Source: Octopus sinensis
Taxonomy: Eukaryota
Direction of reading: 5' to 3'
DNA length: 64,000 bases
Assembly: GCF_006345805.1 (NCBI RefSeq)
Contig: NC_043019.1
Coordinates: 21,451,360-21,515,359, forward strand
How positions within the stretch are numbered: the first letter of the stretch is position 1; each line of letters begins with the position of its first letter. Shown here one piece after another: positions 14,747 to 30,105 of this stretch. The position numbers were made by a program, and so were the translations under genes. The notes under the pieces are model-generated. The model made no database searches, was not told where the DNA came from, and saw nothing but the letters and a program-made list of their open reading frames with translations.

Positions 14747-15963
14747 TTAAAATATATAGCACAGGTAGCATAATTATAATTCATTACTGAGGTAAAATTT
14801 AATTCCTGGCTATTCAAAATAGATATCCCAAGTATTTTTATTTCATCCTTCATATTTTTTTTATACTTGTTTCAGTCACTGGGCAGGGGCCTTGCTGAGG
14901 TGCTATCTTGAAAGGTTTAGTCAAACAAATTTACTCTAGTACTTCATTTTTTTCAAGCTTGATACTTACTCCTTCCATTTTTTTGGGGGGGCTGAATTGT
15001 TAAGTTACAAGAATATAAACAAACCAACGATGGTTTTTAAGTGGTGGTGGTGGTGGTGGACAAACACAAAGGCACACACATATATATGCACTAAATAAAA
15101 CTTTGTTTTCATCTACCAAATACACTCACAAGGCTTTTGTCAGCCCAGGGACTATAATAGAAGACTCTTGCCCAAGGTACCATGCAGGACTGAACCTGGA
15201 ACCATTTCGTTTGGAAGCAAACTTCTTACTATACAGCCATGCTGAACAGCAGAAGCTGTTGTAGAGTTAACAGGTGGTTTATTGGCTTGTGGTGCTAAGT
15301 TCACTTTCTGCTATGAATTAAGGTACTAGTGATAAGCTAGTGATAATCCATTCAATGTTAGAGGAAAGCTGGGGATGAACATTAACAAAAGCACGAGGTT
15401 GAAAGAATTAGGGGCCTGATGATACAAAAACTATTAGCTTTTGATAGTTTACAAGTACCAAACTGGAAGTTTCACTCCAGACTTGAAGAAGAAATTAATA
15501 ACCTACTTTATCATATTCTTCCTTAAAATTTCTACAGATGTTTCAGTTATAGGATCAGGTAGCCAGGAGTCATATGGAAATTAAAAGTGGTAAAACTGCT
15601 TATTTCCTGATGCGACAGATCTTGTGAGGCATGCTTGACCTCTCTTCCTGAATCGCTTCAAACCTCTACGCCAAAGAAATCACTATCAAGTACCATATGA
15701 AAAAGGCTAACTTCAAAGATCTTATATAGAAATTGCTTGAAGAATATCAGAATGTATTGATAATTTCAAAAATGTCATGTGAAAGCAGATAAGAGGATTA
15801 ATTCTCTTTTGAAATTCATAATCCTTCTGGCAAAGGATTCTCTTTTGATCCAATAGATTTTCTAAACTAGTGAATTACAAGGAATTTTAAAACATTTTTA
15901 AGATGGTATTTATGCAGAGGTATGTAAATAAAGGTTTTCCAACAGGTGTATGCTTTTATATGT

Positions 15964-16008
<45 letters not shown>

Positions 16009-16200
16009 CACATATGTGTGAATGTGTGTGTGTGTGTGATATGCAAATATATATACATGAATAAGCACATAAATGCAAAACAAAATGGTGAAAAATAATA
16101 TTTGAATACCGAAAGTAGAGTAATATGCTTTTATTAAAGCCGAAAAAATTTTCACAAGATGTCTTTCAGCTTTAATAAAAGTATCTGTCTACATATCAAT

Positions 16201-16257
<57 letters not shown>

Positions 16258-16290
16258 ATATATATATATATATAATATATATATATATAT

Positions 16291-16521
16291 TTCTTTATTG
16301 CCCACAAGGGGCTAAACATAGAGGGGACAAACAAGGACAGACAAAGGGATTAAGTCGATTACATTGACCTCAGTGCATAACTGGTACTTTATTTATCGAC
16401 CCTGACAGGATGAAAGGCAAAGTCGACCTCGGCGGAATTTGAACTCAGAACGTAACTGCAGACGAAATACTGTTAAGCATTTCGCCTGGCGTGCTAATGT
16501 TTCTGCCAGCTCGCCGCCTTA
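16291..16521 (-). mobile_element. tRNA-derived SINE, family C
   Basis: Head aaggcggcgagctggcagaaacattagc, B-box gagttcaaattcc, central gcctttcatcc...gtcgataaa..aagtaccag (resembles a Deu/Nin-type central domain, from memory). Many other copies, e.g. 7832-8064, 24561-24775, 32450-32645, 39091-39750, 51372-52040, 54781-55006. Confidence 0.82.
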
Positions 16522-16522
16522 C

Positions 16523-16553
<31 letters not shown>

Positions 16554-16569
16554 TATATATATATGTATA

Positions 16570-16656
<87 letters not shown>

Positions 16657-19600
16657 GTATATATATATATACACACACACACACACATTGCACACATATA
16701 TATGATGCAGATATTGTAATGACCGAAGTGAAAAGTTACTGATAAATTCTATAGAATTACCATTCAAAACTATGGGGAACAAAACTAACTGTTCCAAAGA
16801 TGTCTCAGGGCCTACCTTCTCCTTGGCTGTGAATATTAACACCACTATTCCTAGTATACATCATAACCATATCAAGAGAAATAGACCAGACAGCAATATT
16901 ATTTAAATAACACAAGATACCTGAAAGATGGGTCAATAAAGAAAACTCTCTCCTTGAGGATTCACATACAATGCCACATGATCTGGCTATGGCCATGTCT
17001 CTATAACATCTCAGTGACAGGGACAAACCTTATTGCCCATCTCTATGGTTTGCCTTGGCCCTAGGATAGGGATGTGGAGTTCTGCAAAAGGCAAATGATT
17101 CACTGGCTCTCCATCGGTTATGACAATGAGGGTTTCCAATTGATTCAATTAACAGAACAACCTGCTTGTGAAATTAATGTACAAGTGGCTGAGCACTCCA
17201 CAGACAAGCACACCCTTATTGTAGTTCTTAGGGATATATGGTATAATACAGCTGGCCTTTTGAAATATAGGTACTACTAATTTTTGCCACCTGAGTGGAC
17301 TTGCGCAATGTGAAATAAAGTGTCTTGCTCAAGGATATAATGAGCTACCAGGAATCAAGCTTATGGTTACAATCTAACTACTAAACCACACTGATAACAG
17401 CTGGCAAAATCACAAGTTCAGTTCCCCAGTGAGAGTTAGTCCTTACAATTACAACTTTGGGTTGATTCAAGCCTGCTGAGTAAAAAAACTATATTGGAAA
17501 CTGTGCAGAAGCCCATTACATGAGATGACCCTATTACTGGGTGGTACATTGATTCATCATATGGTTTAACACAACCATCCGGCTCTTAGGTGTCTGTAGT
17601 AGAATCCATTATTTGGTAAACATTTGATCCAAGTCTTTGGATTGAAGAATTTTAAATCTCCTTCCTTTTACCCTACAAAAAGTTCAAAAATCCAGCCCTT
17701 TCCCCACTTTCACTAACCCTTCTCCAAAATCTTCCAGATTTTCTCTGGGTTAGTGGTGGCATTCACTTTCTGAAGCACTTGTTCTAGAGCATTAACCTTT
17801 ACAGAATGGAATAAATTACATTGCTTAGAGGAAGAAGAGAAGCAGAATTGATCATTGGTGACAGATATAACGTTTTAGTGGTGTTGCTGGGTAAATAATC
17901 TATTTATTCAGCATCTCTTGTAAACATTTCATCACTCTCCGACAAACGGTTCCGCCCGAAATATTAGACTCTTCGTCGTCGTCCTCACAGTAAATTAATT
18001 TCTTTCATTTTGTGAACTGTTTGTACTTAGTATTTACTGCCGATAGTTTTCTCAGATTTAACCATTCACTTCTAAAGCAACAACAGTCTACTGTAATAAA
18101 TGTTTGTAATGTCGATCAATTCAATATGACAAGCATCACAGAACAAAAACTAAGCTTGTAGCATGACAAGTCCATTCTAATTTGCATTTACATTTGAAGC
18201 TAATTCACTTCACTTGGGTAACTCATGTTTATGCTTTGAGGAAATAAAATAAAATGGACATCACAGTGTTGTCATTTCCTTCATCTCCTGATAAATTTCT
18301 GTTCATATGCCTAAAGTAAACAAATCAACCATTTATATTGGAATTGTTTTAAACCCGTCGGGTTCCAATCCATCTGAGAATCTAAGACCACTTTGGATTC
18401 TGTGATGTAAAACGTCTCATTTTCAATAAATTTGGGTCTTACATAAGATTATTATAATCATTTTATGTCTATTATCTTTTAAGTGCTTCAGTCATTAGAC
18501 TGTGGCCATGCTGGGGCACCACTTAGAAGAATTTTTAGCTGAACGAATCAACCTCAGTACATTTTTTTAAAGCCAGGTACTTATTGTCAGTCTCTATTGA
18601 CAAACTGCTAAGTTAAGGGAGACGTAAACAAACCAATACCGGTTGTTAAGCAGTGGTGGGGGACAAACATAGACACACATTCACATATATGATGGGCTTC
18701 TTTCAGTTTCTGTCTATCAAATCCACTTACAAGGCTTTGGTTGGCCTGAGGTTATAGTAGAAGACACTTGCCCAAGGTACCAGGTAGCGGGATTGAAACT
18801 AGAACCATGTAGTAGGGAAGCAAGCATATTACCACACAATCACACCTAATCAATTAAAGCACATAAAAGTTTAGGTTGTTAGATATATGTCACAAAGAAT
18901 CATCAACTTACAGCTTTTCAAGAAGAACCTTTAATCACATCAATATCATTAGTCTTGAAGGACCTGAGAATGTCAGAGGGGAGTGGGGTATATCCCTTCC
19001 TCTCAACCAAACCATTAAAATTTGGCAAATTGGTAGAAGTTTTAGAATGTCATATAAAGTGTTTTGAGGTATTTGTTCCAGTTCTCAGTACTCTGAGCTC
19101 AAAATCACCCCGACTTCCACCCCACCAAGGTCAACATTGTCCTTCACATGGGGCCAATAAATAAGGTACCAATTCAGAACAGTGGAATGGTGGAATTGTC
19201 AGGGTATTGAACCAAGATGTCTTGCAACATCTGTTGTGAATTTTTGCCTTCTTAGTTTGAATTCTACTCCCTGGCACCAACTTCTTCATGTTGTGAAGTC
19301 CTATGGAACAACAATAAGCTTTTAACGTTAGTAGATAGAGTGATGTTGTTGATTGGAGCAATATCTCGGTCACATCAATATGCATGAATGCAAATGGACC
19401 TTGCATTAAAAGTGTGATAAACACTAGAACAGAATATAATATAATGCATATGTGTGTGTATGTATCTTTATGTATGCATGTGTCACTAGTCCACCATACA
19501 ATAAGGAGAACTAATATCGAAACCGATAATTCTAATACCATTAATTTTCTGATGTATTAATAACCAATTAAAAACTTCCATTTAGATCTAATTAAATATA

Positions 19601-21069
19601 AGACCCCAATAAGCCTTAGTGCAGAATGAAGCAACAAAAGAAACAATAAAACTAAACCCATTAGTTTCCTTCATTAGACAAAAGGAAAACCCTAAACTTC
19701 TCGAACTACAAAAGGGGATACAATCAATATGAGGAAGAACATACTCATGACTGAAACAAAACTGTGGAACATATACAATGACACAAGCATCATAATAACA
19801 GCAATTTTAATTTAAATGAACAAATGGACATATATACCCGACCATCTGCTCTTCTACTGGAAATCATTATAGTTTTGACACTTAGAAACACCTATATGAA
19901 TCTATCTCAGAATACTGAGTGCTTCTGTAACTCTTTTCCCATCACACCTCACTTTTATCCTTATCACAGAGATACTTCTACCTTTCATGCCTCTCATTCA
20001 CTAACGTTGTTGATGAGTGAGAAGAGATGCAGGGTTATAAGGTCCTTTGGTTATGTTGAAGACCTGGCAGTCTCTCTAGTGCTGGGCCACAAAAAAAAGC
20101 CCCTTGCACACTCTGTAAAGTGGTCGATGTTAAGAAGGGCATTTGGTCATAAAAGCCAAGCTATAAATGAAAAGGGAGTAGTACCACTCAATATGTATGG
20201 ACTCTGGCCATGACAAGTGTCCAACCCATGGAAATGTAAAACAATGGTGATTTTTATATAGCTCATCATCATTTTGGTGTCCACTTTTCTATGTTCACAT
20301 GGGTTAGACAGAATTTGTCAAGGCAGATTTTCTAGCCTTCCTGTCACCACCCGTCACCTGTTTCTGTGTAGGATAATATTTTCTCATGGCCAGATATGTT
20401 TTGATGGAAATTTGGGAACAAAGATAGCATTTGGATGATGGTGCTGCTCACTTACAACTATGACACAATGTCAAGGCAAGACAATAATAACACATACACA
20501 ATGGGCTTCTTTCAGCTTCTATCTATCTATCTATCTATCTATCTATCAACACACATCATTCAAATGCCAATATGATTTAATAAAACTGCCAACAGCTATA
20601 ATAAAAGCTTTCAATAACACAAAAGAAATAGTGGGCACTTGCCCAAGATTTCAATTTTGTCATATTTGTACCATAAGCGCCTAAAAGACAACATCTGATG
20701 TGTGAAGAAAGAACAAACAAAAGGGGATAGGGTTAAAAGATAATTTTGCTCTTATGGCTTAGCCATATTTCTTCATATTTTATTGGCTGGTTCCATGTAT
20801 ACTTTCATCTAATTTGATAACCAGCAACACTACACAGGCAACAAATTTAATATAAAATCATAAATAAATGGCTATTTATGATCATGTGTATCTGTATGAG
20901 TGTGTGTCTGATTATGTGTGGGTGTGTGAAACTTATATATAAAAATGCATCTAAAAGAGATAATTATGATATTTGTTCTATTTCAATGACAGTTAACCAT
21001 TTACCTTCATTCTAAGGCTGCTACCTAGTTTTTTATACATACATATAAGTATGGACCATGTGTGTATAT

Positions 21070-21070
21070 G

Positions 21071-21104
<34 letters not shown>

Positions 21105-23040
21105 CATGTCTGTGTGTGTATATACTTATGTATGTATATAATGTATATAAACACACACAGACATATATATGTATATAAGCATGCACACACATAAATATAT
21201 ACATACCCATATATATATATAGTAACATTCATTTATATACACATATATATATACATGCATACACATGTACATATACGCCTACAAATATGTATACAAAAAT
21301 TATTTAGAAAGATGTATTGTGCATCTGTGCATGTGTTGATGTATATATTTGTGCATACATGCATGTATGTGTTTGTGCTCTTAGCAAGATATGGAGATGC
21401 ATGTATACATAGATTAATATATCTGTGAGCATGTGTGATTATGTGTGTGTGTGTGCATGTGAGCATTCTGCTGTATGATGTGTGTGTATGTATATATGTG
21501 TGCAGGTAGAGTGATGGCCTGATATATATATATATATATATATATAGCTATTGATACAAATATATTTATGTGTATGAGGGCATCTGCTTATGTTTGTGTT
21601 TATACATGCAAGTGACTATGTGTGCGAGTATCTGTGCTTTTGTACTTAACAATATATGTGCTCATATGTATACATGTGCATATATTAGGACATGTGTAAA
21701 TGTATATATGTGTGTGCTTATGCTTTTGTTATATTTTTAAAAAAGTGTTTCTTTTTATATTCATATTAGTTACTCTTTTTTCTTTTTCCAATTGTGACTT
21801 GGAAAAAAAAACCCCCAAAAAATAGATTTTTACATCATTACTATTCCTGTTATTCTAAGGCATTGAACTGGCAGAATCATTAGCGCATAATACAAAATGC
21901 ACAGAGATGCTTTTTCCAGCTCTTTACATTCTGAATTTAAATTCCATCGAGGTCACATTTACCTTACATCCTTTTGAAGTCAATAAAATAAATATCAAAC
22001 AGGGCAGGGGGTCAATTAAATAAATTTCCAGTCAGGCACTGGGAGAGGGTGGGGGCAATGTAACCAATGAACCCCTCCAATTAAAATTGCTGACCATGTG
22101 CCAAAGCAGTACCTTGGGCAAGTATCTTCTACTATACCTTTGGGCTGACCAAAGCCTTGTCAGTGGATTTGGTAGGCAGAAACTGAAATAAGTATGGCGT
22201 GTGCATGTGTGTGTGTGTATATATGTATAAAACATATGGTATATAACAGGGTAAATTTTAGCCATTTCTCTGCAGACTGAAAAAAAATGATGAACAACCT
22301 TAATCGATTTTCGAACCTTATTGGGCTCTCATCAGAGGCATCCACACCATTCTGACAGGCTCCAGAGAAACAAGCTGTCAAACTGTTTATATACTCAACA
22401 AATGCAGCAGTTACTCTCTGAAGGGGTTCCTAATTTGCATACAGAAAGTGTTTAACACTCTATAAATATCAGTGGCCTGTCAACAGGGATCTTAGTCCAC
22501 AGAGTATCAAGGTATGATGTAATATATATGTAACATATGGTATAATTATAAACTGGACAAATTTTAGTCATTTCTCTGCAGACTATACATATATATGTGT
22601 GTGTGTGTGTGGTGTGTGTGTGTGTGCATGTCTGTGTGTGTATATACTTATGTATGTATATAATGTATATAAACACACACAGACATATATATGTATATAA
22701 GCATGCACACACATAAATATATACATACCCATATATATATATAGTAACATTCATTTATATACACATATATATATACATGCATACACATGTACATATACGC
22801 CTACAAATATGTATACAAAAATTATTTAGAAAGATGTATTGTGCATCTGTGCATGTGTTGATGTATATATTTGTGCATACATGCATGTATGTGTTTGTGC
22901 TCTTAGCAAGATATGGAGATGCATGTATACATAGATTAATATATCTGTGAGCATGTGTGATTATGTGTGTGTGTGTGCATGTGAGCATTCTGCTGTATGA
23001 TGTGTGTGTATGTATATATGTGTGCAGGTAGAGTGATGGC

Positions 23041-23077
<37 letters not shown>

Positions 23078-24119
23078 CTATTGATACAAATATATTTATG
23101 TGTATGAGGGCATCTGCTTATGTTTGTGTTTATACATGCAAGTGACTATGTGTGCGAGTATCTGTGCTTTTGTACTTAACAATATATGTGCTCATATGTA
23201 TACATGTGCATATATTAGGACATGTGTAAATGTATATATGTGTGTGCTTATGCTTTTGTATATTTTTAAAAAAGTGTTTCTTTTTATATTCATATTAGTT
23301 ACTCTTTTTTCTTTTTCCAATTGTGACTTGGAAAAAAAAACCCCCAAAAAATAGATTTTTACATCATTACTATTCCTGTTATTCTAAGGCATTGAACTGG
23401 CAGAATCATTAGCGCATAATACAAAATGCACAGAGATGCTTTTTCCAGCTCTTTACATTCTGAATTTAAATTCCATCGAGGTCACATTTACCTTACATCC
23501 TTTTGAAGTCAATAAAATAAATATCAAACAGGGCAGGGGGTCAATTAAATAAATTTCCAGTCAGGCACTGGGAGAGGGTGGGGGCAATGTAACCAATGAA
23601 CCCCTCCAATTAAAATTGCTGACCATGTGCCAAAGCAGTACCTTGGGCAAGTATCTTCTACTATACCTTTGGGCTGACCAAAGCCTTGTCAGTGGATTTG
23701 GTAGGCAGAAACTGAAATAAGTATGGCGTGTGCATGTGTGTGTGTGTATATATATGTATAAAACATATGGTATATAACAGGGTAAATTTTAGCCATTTCT
23801 CTGCAGACTGAAAAAAAATGATGAACAACCTTAATCGATTTTCGAACCTTATTGGGCTCTCATCAGAGGCATCCACACCATTCTGACAGGCTCCAGAGAA
23901 ACAAGCTGTCAAACTGTTTATATACTCAACAAATGCAGCAGTTACTCTCTGAAGGGGTTCCTAATTTGCATACAGAAAGTGTTTAACACTCTATAAATAT
24001 CAGTGGCCTGTCAACAGGGATCTTAGTCCACAGAGTATCAAGGTATGATGTAATATATATGTAACATATGGTATAATTATAAACTGGACAAATTTTAGTC
24101 ATTTCTCTGCAGACTATAC

Positions 24120-24150
<31 letters not shown>
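21070..24150. repeat. Near-identical tandem duplication, unit about 1.52-1.53 kb, two copies
   Basis: Identical ORF translations at 21233-21466 and 22755-22988 (offset 1522). Differences seen are microsatellite length and single-base indels; junctions lie in (TA)n(TG)n. Confidence 0.95.
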
Positions 24151-24152
<2 letters not shown>

Positions 24153-24506
24153 AATTTGTCCCTCATCACAACTTGACAACTGGTGTTGGTGTGTTTACAT
24201 CCCCATAGCTTAGTGGTTTGGCAAAAGAGTCCAATAGTATAAGTACCAGACTTGGCAGAAAAATAAGTAGTGGGAGTCAATTCATTCATTGAAAACATGC
24301 TAAAGCTGACACTGGAGCTCAGTGCATCCTGTAGCTTGCCAGATCCTGTCAAAGCATGAAACTGATACCAGTATGGAAAATGGATGTTAAATAATGATGT
24401 TGATAAGTCCTCCTAGCATCAACTTAGCCTTTCATCCATCTGATTTCCATAAAATAATGTACAACAAAGTACAATGTAATTGACTAATTGCTGAAATTAA
24501 TAATAC

Positions 24507-24564
<58 letters not shown>

Positions 24565-25451
24565 GTTTCAAATTTTGGCGCAAGGCCACCAATTGTGGTG
24601 AAGGTGTTAAGCTGATTACATTGATCCCAGTGCTCAACTGGTACTTATTTTATCAACTCTGAAAGGATGAAAGGAAAAATCAACCTCAGTGGAATTTGAA
24701 CTCAGAATGTAAAGACGGATAAAATGCTGCTAAGCATTTTGCCCAGCATGCTAATGATTCCATCAGAACACCTTAAATAACAACTACAACAACAATTATT
24801 ATTAGTGACAGCCCACTTTGTTCCAAATCAAATACTGTCCATGTTTATCTTGTCCATCATATATAGTGCAATTTGGAATTCAGTTTTCAGTTATGGGATC
24901 AGGACATATACTCACAAAACTCTGAATACATTCTCCTCTAAATGTGAGTAGCTATGTAGTCCCTCTACAAAAATAACCTGCTCTGCCTCACCCCCTTCTT
25001 TCATATCTTAACCTTCATCCCCTTGCATAAAGCACTCTTCCTCTTCATTGTAGTATTCTTACAAATATTATGGCAACTTCACTGGTGTCAGTGGCAGAAA
25101 AAATACACCCAATACACTCTGCAAAGTGGTTGGCATTAGGAAGGGTGTGCAGCTGTAGAAACCCTGCCAAAGCAGATACTGGAGCATGATACAGCCCTTG
25201 GACCAGTGGGTCCTGTCAAACTATCGAATCAAAACCAGCATGGAACATGGATGTTAAATAATGATGATGTATGCTTCCTTGTCTTGGTAGTTGTAAACGA
25301 ATGTGACTGTCATACAAGCAGTGTCAATCATTTCCACTATTCTACAAAAACACATCTGAACATGGGGAAATAAACAGATGTTTATTTCTACAGCCAATTA
25401 AACAACAGATGACATTTGAAATTATAATATTTAAATATAAATAAACAGAAC

Positions 25452-25864
25452 GCATGAGTGGCTGTGTGGTAAGTAGCTTGCTTACCAACCACATTGTTCT
25501 GGGTTCAGTCCCACTGCGTGGCATCTTGGGCAAGTGTCTTCTGCTATAGCCCCGGGCCAACCAATGCCTTGTGAGTGGATTTGGTAGACGGAAACTGAAA
25601 GAAGCCTGTCGTATATATGTATATATATATATAAGTGTGTGTGTATATGTTTGTGTGTCTGTGTTTGTCCCCCTAGCATTGCTTGACAACCGATGCTGGT
25701 GTGTTTACGTCCCCGTCACTTAGCGGTTCGGCAAAAGAGACTGATAGAATAAGTACTGGGCTTACAAAGAATAAGTCCCAGGGTCGATTTGCTCGACTAA
25801 AGGCGGTGCTCCAGCATGGCTGCAGTCAAAAATGACTGAAACAAGTAAAAGAGTAAAAGAGTAA
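25452..25864 (+). mobile_element. tRNA-derived SINE, family B (near full length)
   Basis: A-box tggctgtgtgg, B-box-like ggttcagtccc, CORE-like cttgggcaagtg, internal TA/TG tract, (gtaaaaga)n tail. Other copies at about 620-949(-), 1946-2340(-), 14857-15243(-), 18475-18848(-), 28511-28880(-), 40152-40400(+) and 49407-49769(-). Confidence 0.85.
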
Positions 25865-26577
25865 AATGAGAGAGAACAAAAAGAAGGATAAAAAAAGAAA
25901 AGGAGAGAGGGTAAAGCAGAAGATGGAGGAGGAGGGTGTGAAGGGCCACACACCCTGGAACAAATGGTGTGCTCTGCCGCACCCTGTGGTAATGACCGTG
26001 ACTGTATTGCTGCAGGGATTGGCCAGTGATACCTGTTGTAGCAGCTACTTCTCCTCACAGGGATCATTTCTCAGATGGGCAGCCACTATCCCAATTTTGC
26101 AGAGGAAATGGAGAAATATTACCTTCTGTGGATACAGGTGAGAATTAGCAACAGGAAGAGCATCCACCCATGGGAAATCTACCTAGGTAATAAACTTCAT
26201 CAGACCCATGCAAGCATGGAAAAGTGAACACTTAATGATGATGATGACTTTCATATGTGTATGTGTTTGTGTGTGTGTGCACACACGTGTAATCATACAC
26301 ATACACACATATATACATATATATACATAATATCCCATATCACTGTTTGATTATGTATAATTCATAAAAATCAGTCAAAAACGAAATAATCATTTGATAG
26401 ATTCTATTCTCTTTATTTATTCTAATGTTCATATCTACCCGTCTTCTACCCCACCCCACACACCTCATTCAATTTTGTTACAGGCCAACTCTTATCACCC
26501 AGTTAGGAAAAAAAAAAAAAGAAAAAAGACTTCACTAATCAATATTCAATATTTGTTTGAAGGAAAAAAAAGAACCA

Positions 26578-26898
26578 ATAATAATAATAATAATAATATT
26601 AATAATAATAATAATAATAATAATATATTAATAATAATAATATTAATAATAATAATATAATGATAATATTAATAATATAATATTAATAATATAATAAATA
26701 ATAATATATATTAATAATAATATAATATAATAATAATAATAATATTATAATAATAATAATAATAATAATAATTAATAATAATATAATAATAATAATTTAA
26801 TAATAATAATATTAATAATAATAATAATAATAAATAATAATATAATAATAATATTAATAATAATATATAATAATATTAATAATATTAATAATAATAAT

Positions 26899-26929
<31 letters not shown>

Positions 26930-26952
26930 TTAATAATAATAATAATAATAAT

Positions 26953-26991
<39 letters not shown>

Positions 26992-27034
26992 TTATAATAA
27001 TAATATTAATAATAATAATATTAATAATAATAAT

Positions 27035-27070
<36 letters not shown>

Positions 27071-27092
27071 CACAATGATGATGATGATGATC
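26578..27092. repeat. Long imperfect (TAA)n microsatellite
   Basis: Directly visible. Confidence 0.95.
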
Positions 27093-27476
27093 AATAAAAT
27101 TAATGCATTTTCTCTTTTCTTCAATTAACAACAGATAATTTATTTGATGTTTCCTATTTTTTAAACATTACCCCTCTCTTCTACAGAATTTTAAAGGAAA
27201 AAGATACAGTTCAAAGGAAGGACAAAAAAAGTGCATTATCTGCCATAAATCTAATGTTTGTAAAATAAAGATTTGAAATTCTATCACGTAATCAGGCAGT
27301 TTTATCTAAAACATTGCACATGTCATCACAAATTTGCTGTTTACACCAGAGGAAAATTTGTAATGCAAGTAAGCATATACTTATATATATATATGTATGT
27401 AAAATGTATGTAAATATATATATATATATAATATATATATATATACTTATATATATATATGTATGTAAAATGTATG

Positions 27477-27514
<38 letters not shown>

Positions 27515-27524
27515 CATATATATA

Positions 27525-27645
<121 letters not shown>

Positions 27646-27648
27646 CAT

Positions 27649-27682
<34 letters not shown>

Positions 27683-27691
27683 CATATATAT

Positions 27692-27725
<34 letters not shown>

Positions 27726-27737
27726 ATATATACATAC

Positions 27738-27768
<31 letters not shown>

Positions 27769-27898
27769 ATATATATATCTATATATATATAATTCATTTT
27801 AGGAACATTGAATCTCAAAGCAAATATAGTTAAAACCCTTGGACAAAGAAAATTGAAGGTTGCCTGTAGTATATGACCCACATCTCCTGTATGTGTGA

Positions 27899-27955
<57 letters not shown>

Positions 27956-29325
27956 TCAACATCATCATTTAATGTCCACTTTCCATGCTAGCATGGGTTG
28001 GACGGTTTGACTGAGGGGTGGTGAGCCACAAGGCTGCACCAGGCTCCAATCTGATCTGGCAAAGTATCTACAGCTTGATGCCCTTCCTAACGCCAACCAC
28101 TCCGAGAGTGTAGTGGGTGCTTTTACGTGTCACCAGCATGAGGGCCAGTCAGGCAGTACTGGCGTTGACCATGCTCAAATGGTGCTTTTAATGTGCCACC
28201 AGCATGGGAGCCAGTCAGCAGCCCTGGCAACGACCACAACGATGTTTTAGGTGAGCAGATATAAAGCCCTTAATACAGCTCCATTGCCTTTTGACTCAGC
28301 AAAATATCGAGTATGGGGGTGGGAGGGAAGAGCTGGAGGCAGTACAGGGCTGGTACTCATTTACAGCAGTGTAGATTGGAGCAATGTGAAGTAAAGTGCC
28401 TAACTCAAAGACACAATGTGCCATACAATCCAGGAAATGAACCTATGGTCTTGTAATCATGAGCCTAATGTCCCGAGTGAAGTAACTTCATGTGTATGTG
28501 TGTGTGCGCATATTCTTTTATTTGTTTCAGTTATTTGACTGCTGCAGTGGTAGAGTACTTCCTTTAGTCAAACAAATTGAGCCTGGGACTTAATCTTTGT
28601 AAGCCTAGTACTTATTCTATTGGTCTGTTTTGCTGAACTTCTAAGTTATAGGTTGGTTGTCAATCGATGGTGGGGGCAAATACAGACACACAAATACAGA
28701 CATACATACATATATATGATGGTCTTCTTTCAGTTTCTGTCTACCAAAACCACTCACAAGGCTTTGGTTAGCCTGAGGTTATAGTAGAAGACACTTGCCC
28801 AATGTGCCATGCAGTGGGACTGAACCCAGAACCATGTGGTTGGGAAGCAAACTTATTACCACACAACCACGCTTGTGCCCTTTTTGACTCGTTCAGTGGC
28901 TTTGATACCTCTGCAATTACTTGTTTCTAAGGCATCTCCTTTACCCTTTTAACAGTTGACTATGATGCTGCTATACCAATCATTGGGTATGATGCCTTTC
29001 TGTACAACCTGATCTGTGTATATACACACAAACACACACATCAAACACATCAAATGGCGAGAAGTGGAAGTAAAAAAAAAAGCATTAAAAAAAAATGAAT
29101 AAAAAAATCTATTAAAACAATTGAATAAAAGGGATATTTGGTAGATTATCTAAGCTAGTTTATGATTTATATTTTGACTTTTGATTCCAGAAATTGGTAG
29201 TAAATGAGGAACAAAATAACATCAACTATCTGATACTTGTATCAGAGATACTCATTTTTTTATCGCTACCTTATATCTATATATTTCTAATAGTCAACAC
29301 TTCAAAGGAGGGATAATAATGACAG

Positions 29326-29362
<37 letters not shown>

Positions 29363-29665
29363 GCGATAGAGAGAAGGAAGGAGGGAGGGAGAGAGAGGAG
29401 GGAAGGATAAAAGAGAGCTTTCATGAGATGCATGTGTGTGATTGTTTTCAACACAGAAGCACATAACCTATCTGTCACTCTGGATTCAATTGGTTAGAAA
29501 ATTTTATCATAGCTTGCATATAAACCACTGCTCTACAGTGATGCTGTTGCTGTTCAGCTTCACTCGCTCCATCAGCAGTCCTGATGAAGCAGATCAATGA
29601 TCAAAGATATTTCAGTTATAACCATCTCATTTTTTTTTTGTCCATATATATATATATATATATAT

Positions 29666-30046
29666 CATCATTATCATCACCATCATTTAACGTCCACTTT
29701 CCATGCTAGCATGGGTTGGACGATTTGACTGAGAGCTGGCGAACCAGATGGCTGCTGCACCAAGCTCCAGTCTTGATCTGGCAGAGTTTCTACAGCTGGA
29801 TGCCCTTCCTAATGCCAACCACTCCGAGAGTGTAGCAGGTGCTTTTACATGCCACTAGCATGGGGCCAGTCAGGCGGTACTGGCAATGACCTCGCTTGAA
29901 TCTTTTACACATGCCACCAGCACAGGTGCCAGTAAGGCGATGCTGGTAACGATCATGCTCAAATGGTGTCTTTTATGTGCCACCGGCATGGAGGCCAGAT
30001 AGCCGCTCTGGCAACGATCACGCTCGGATGGTGCTCTTAATACCCT
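29666..30046 (-). mobile_element. SINE-like repeat family A with (GAT)n tail
   Basis: Conserved block catcatc..ttaa.gtcc.ctttccatgctagcatgggttggac...ctacagctggatgcccttcctaa.gccaaccactccgagagtgtag, plus internal tandem units. Other copies at about 329-612, 6155-6388, 27953-28240, 34823-35068, 38778-39050, 48441-48706 (-) and 9328-9828 (+). Confidence 0.82.
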
Positions 30047-30051
30047 ATATA

Positions 30052-30105
<54 letters not shown>

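Noticed and set aside
16125-16184. 21-bp inverted repeat (atgcttttattaaagccgaaa / tttcagctttaataaaagtat)
   Set aside because: Lies at the end of a dispersed repeat also seen at about 3725-3800; most likely a head-to-head TE junction rather than a functional RNA.
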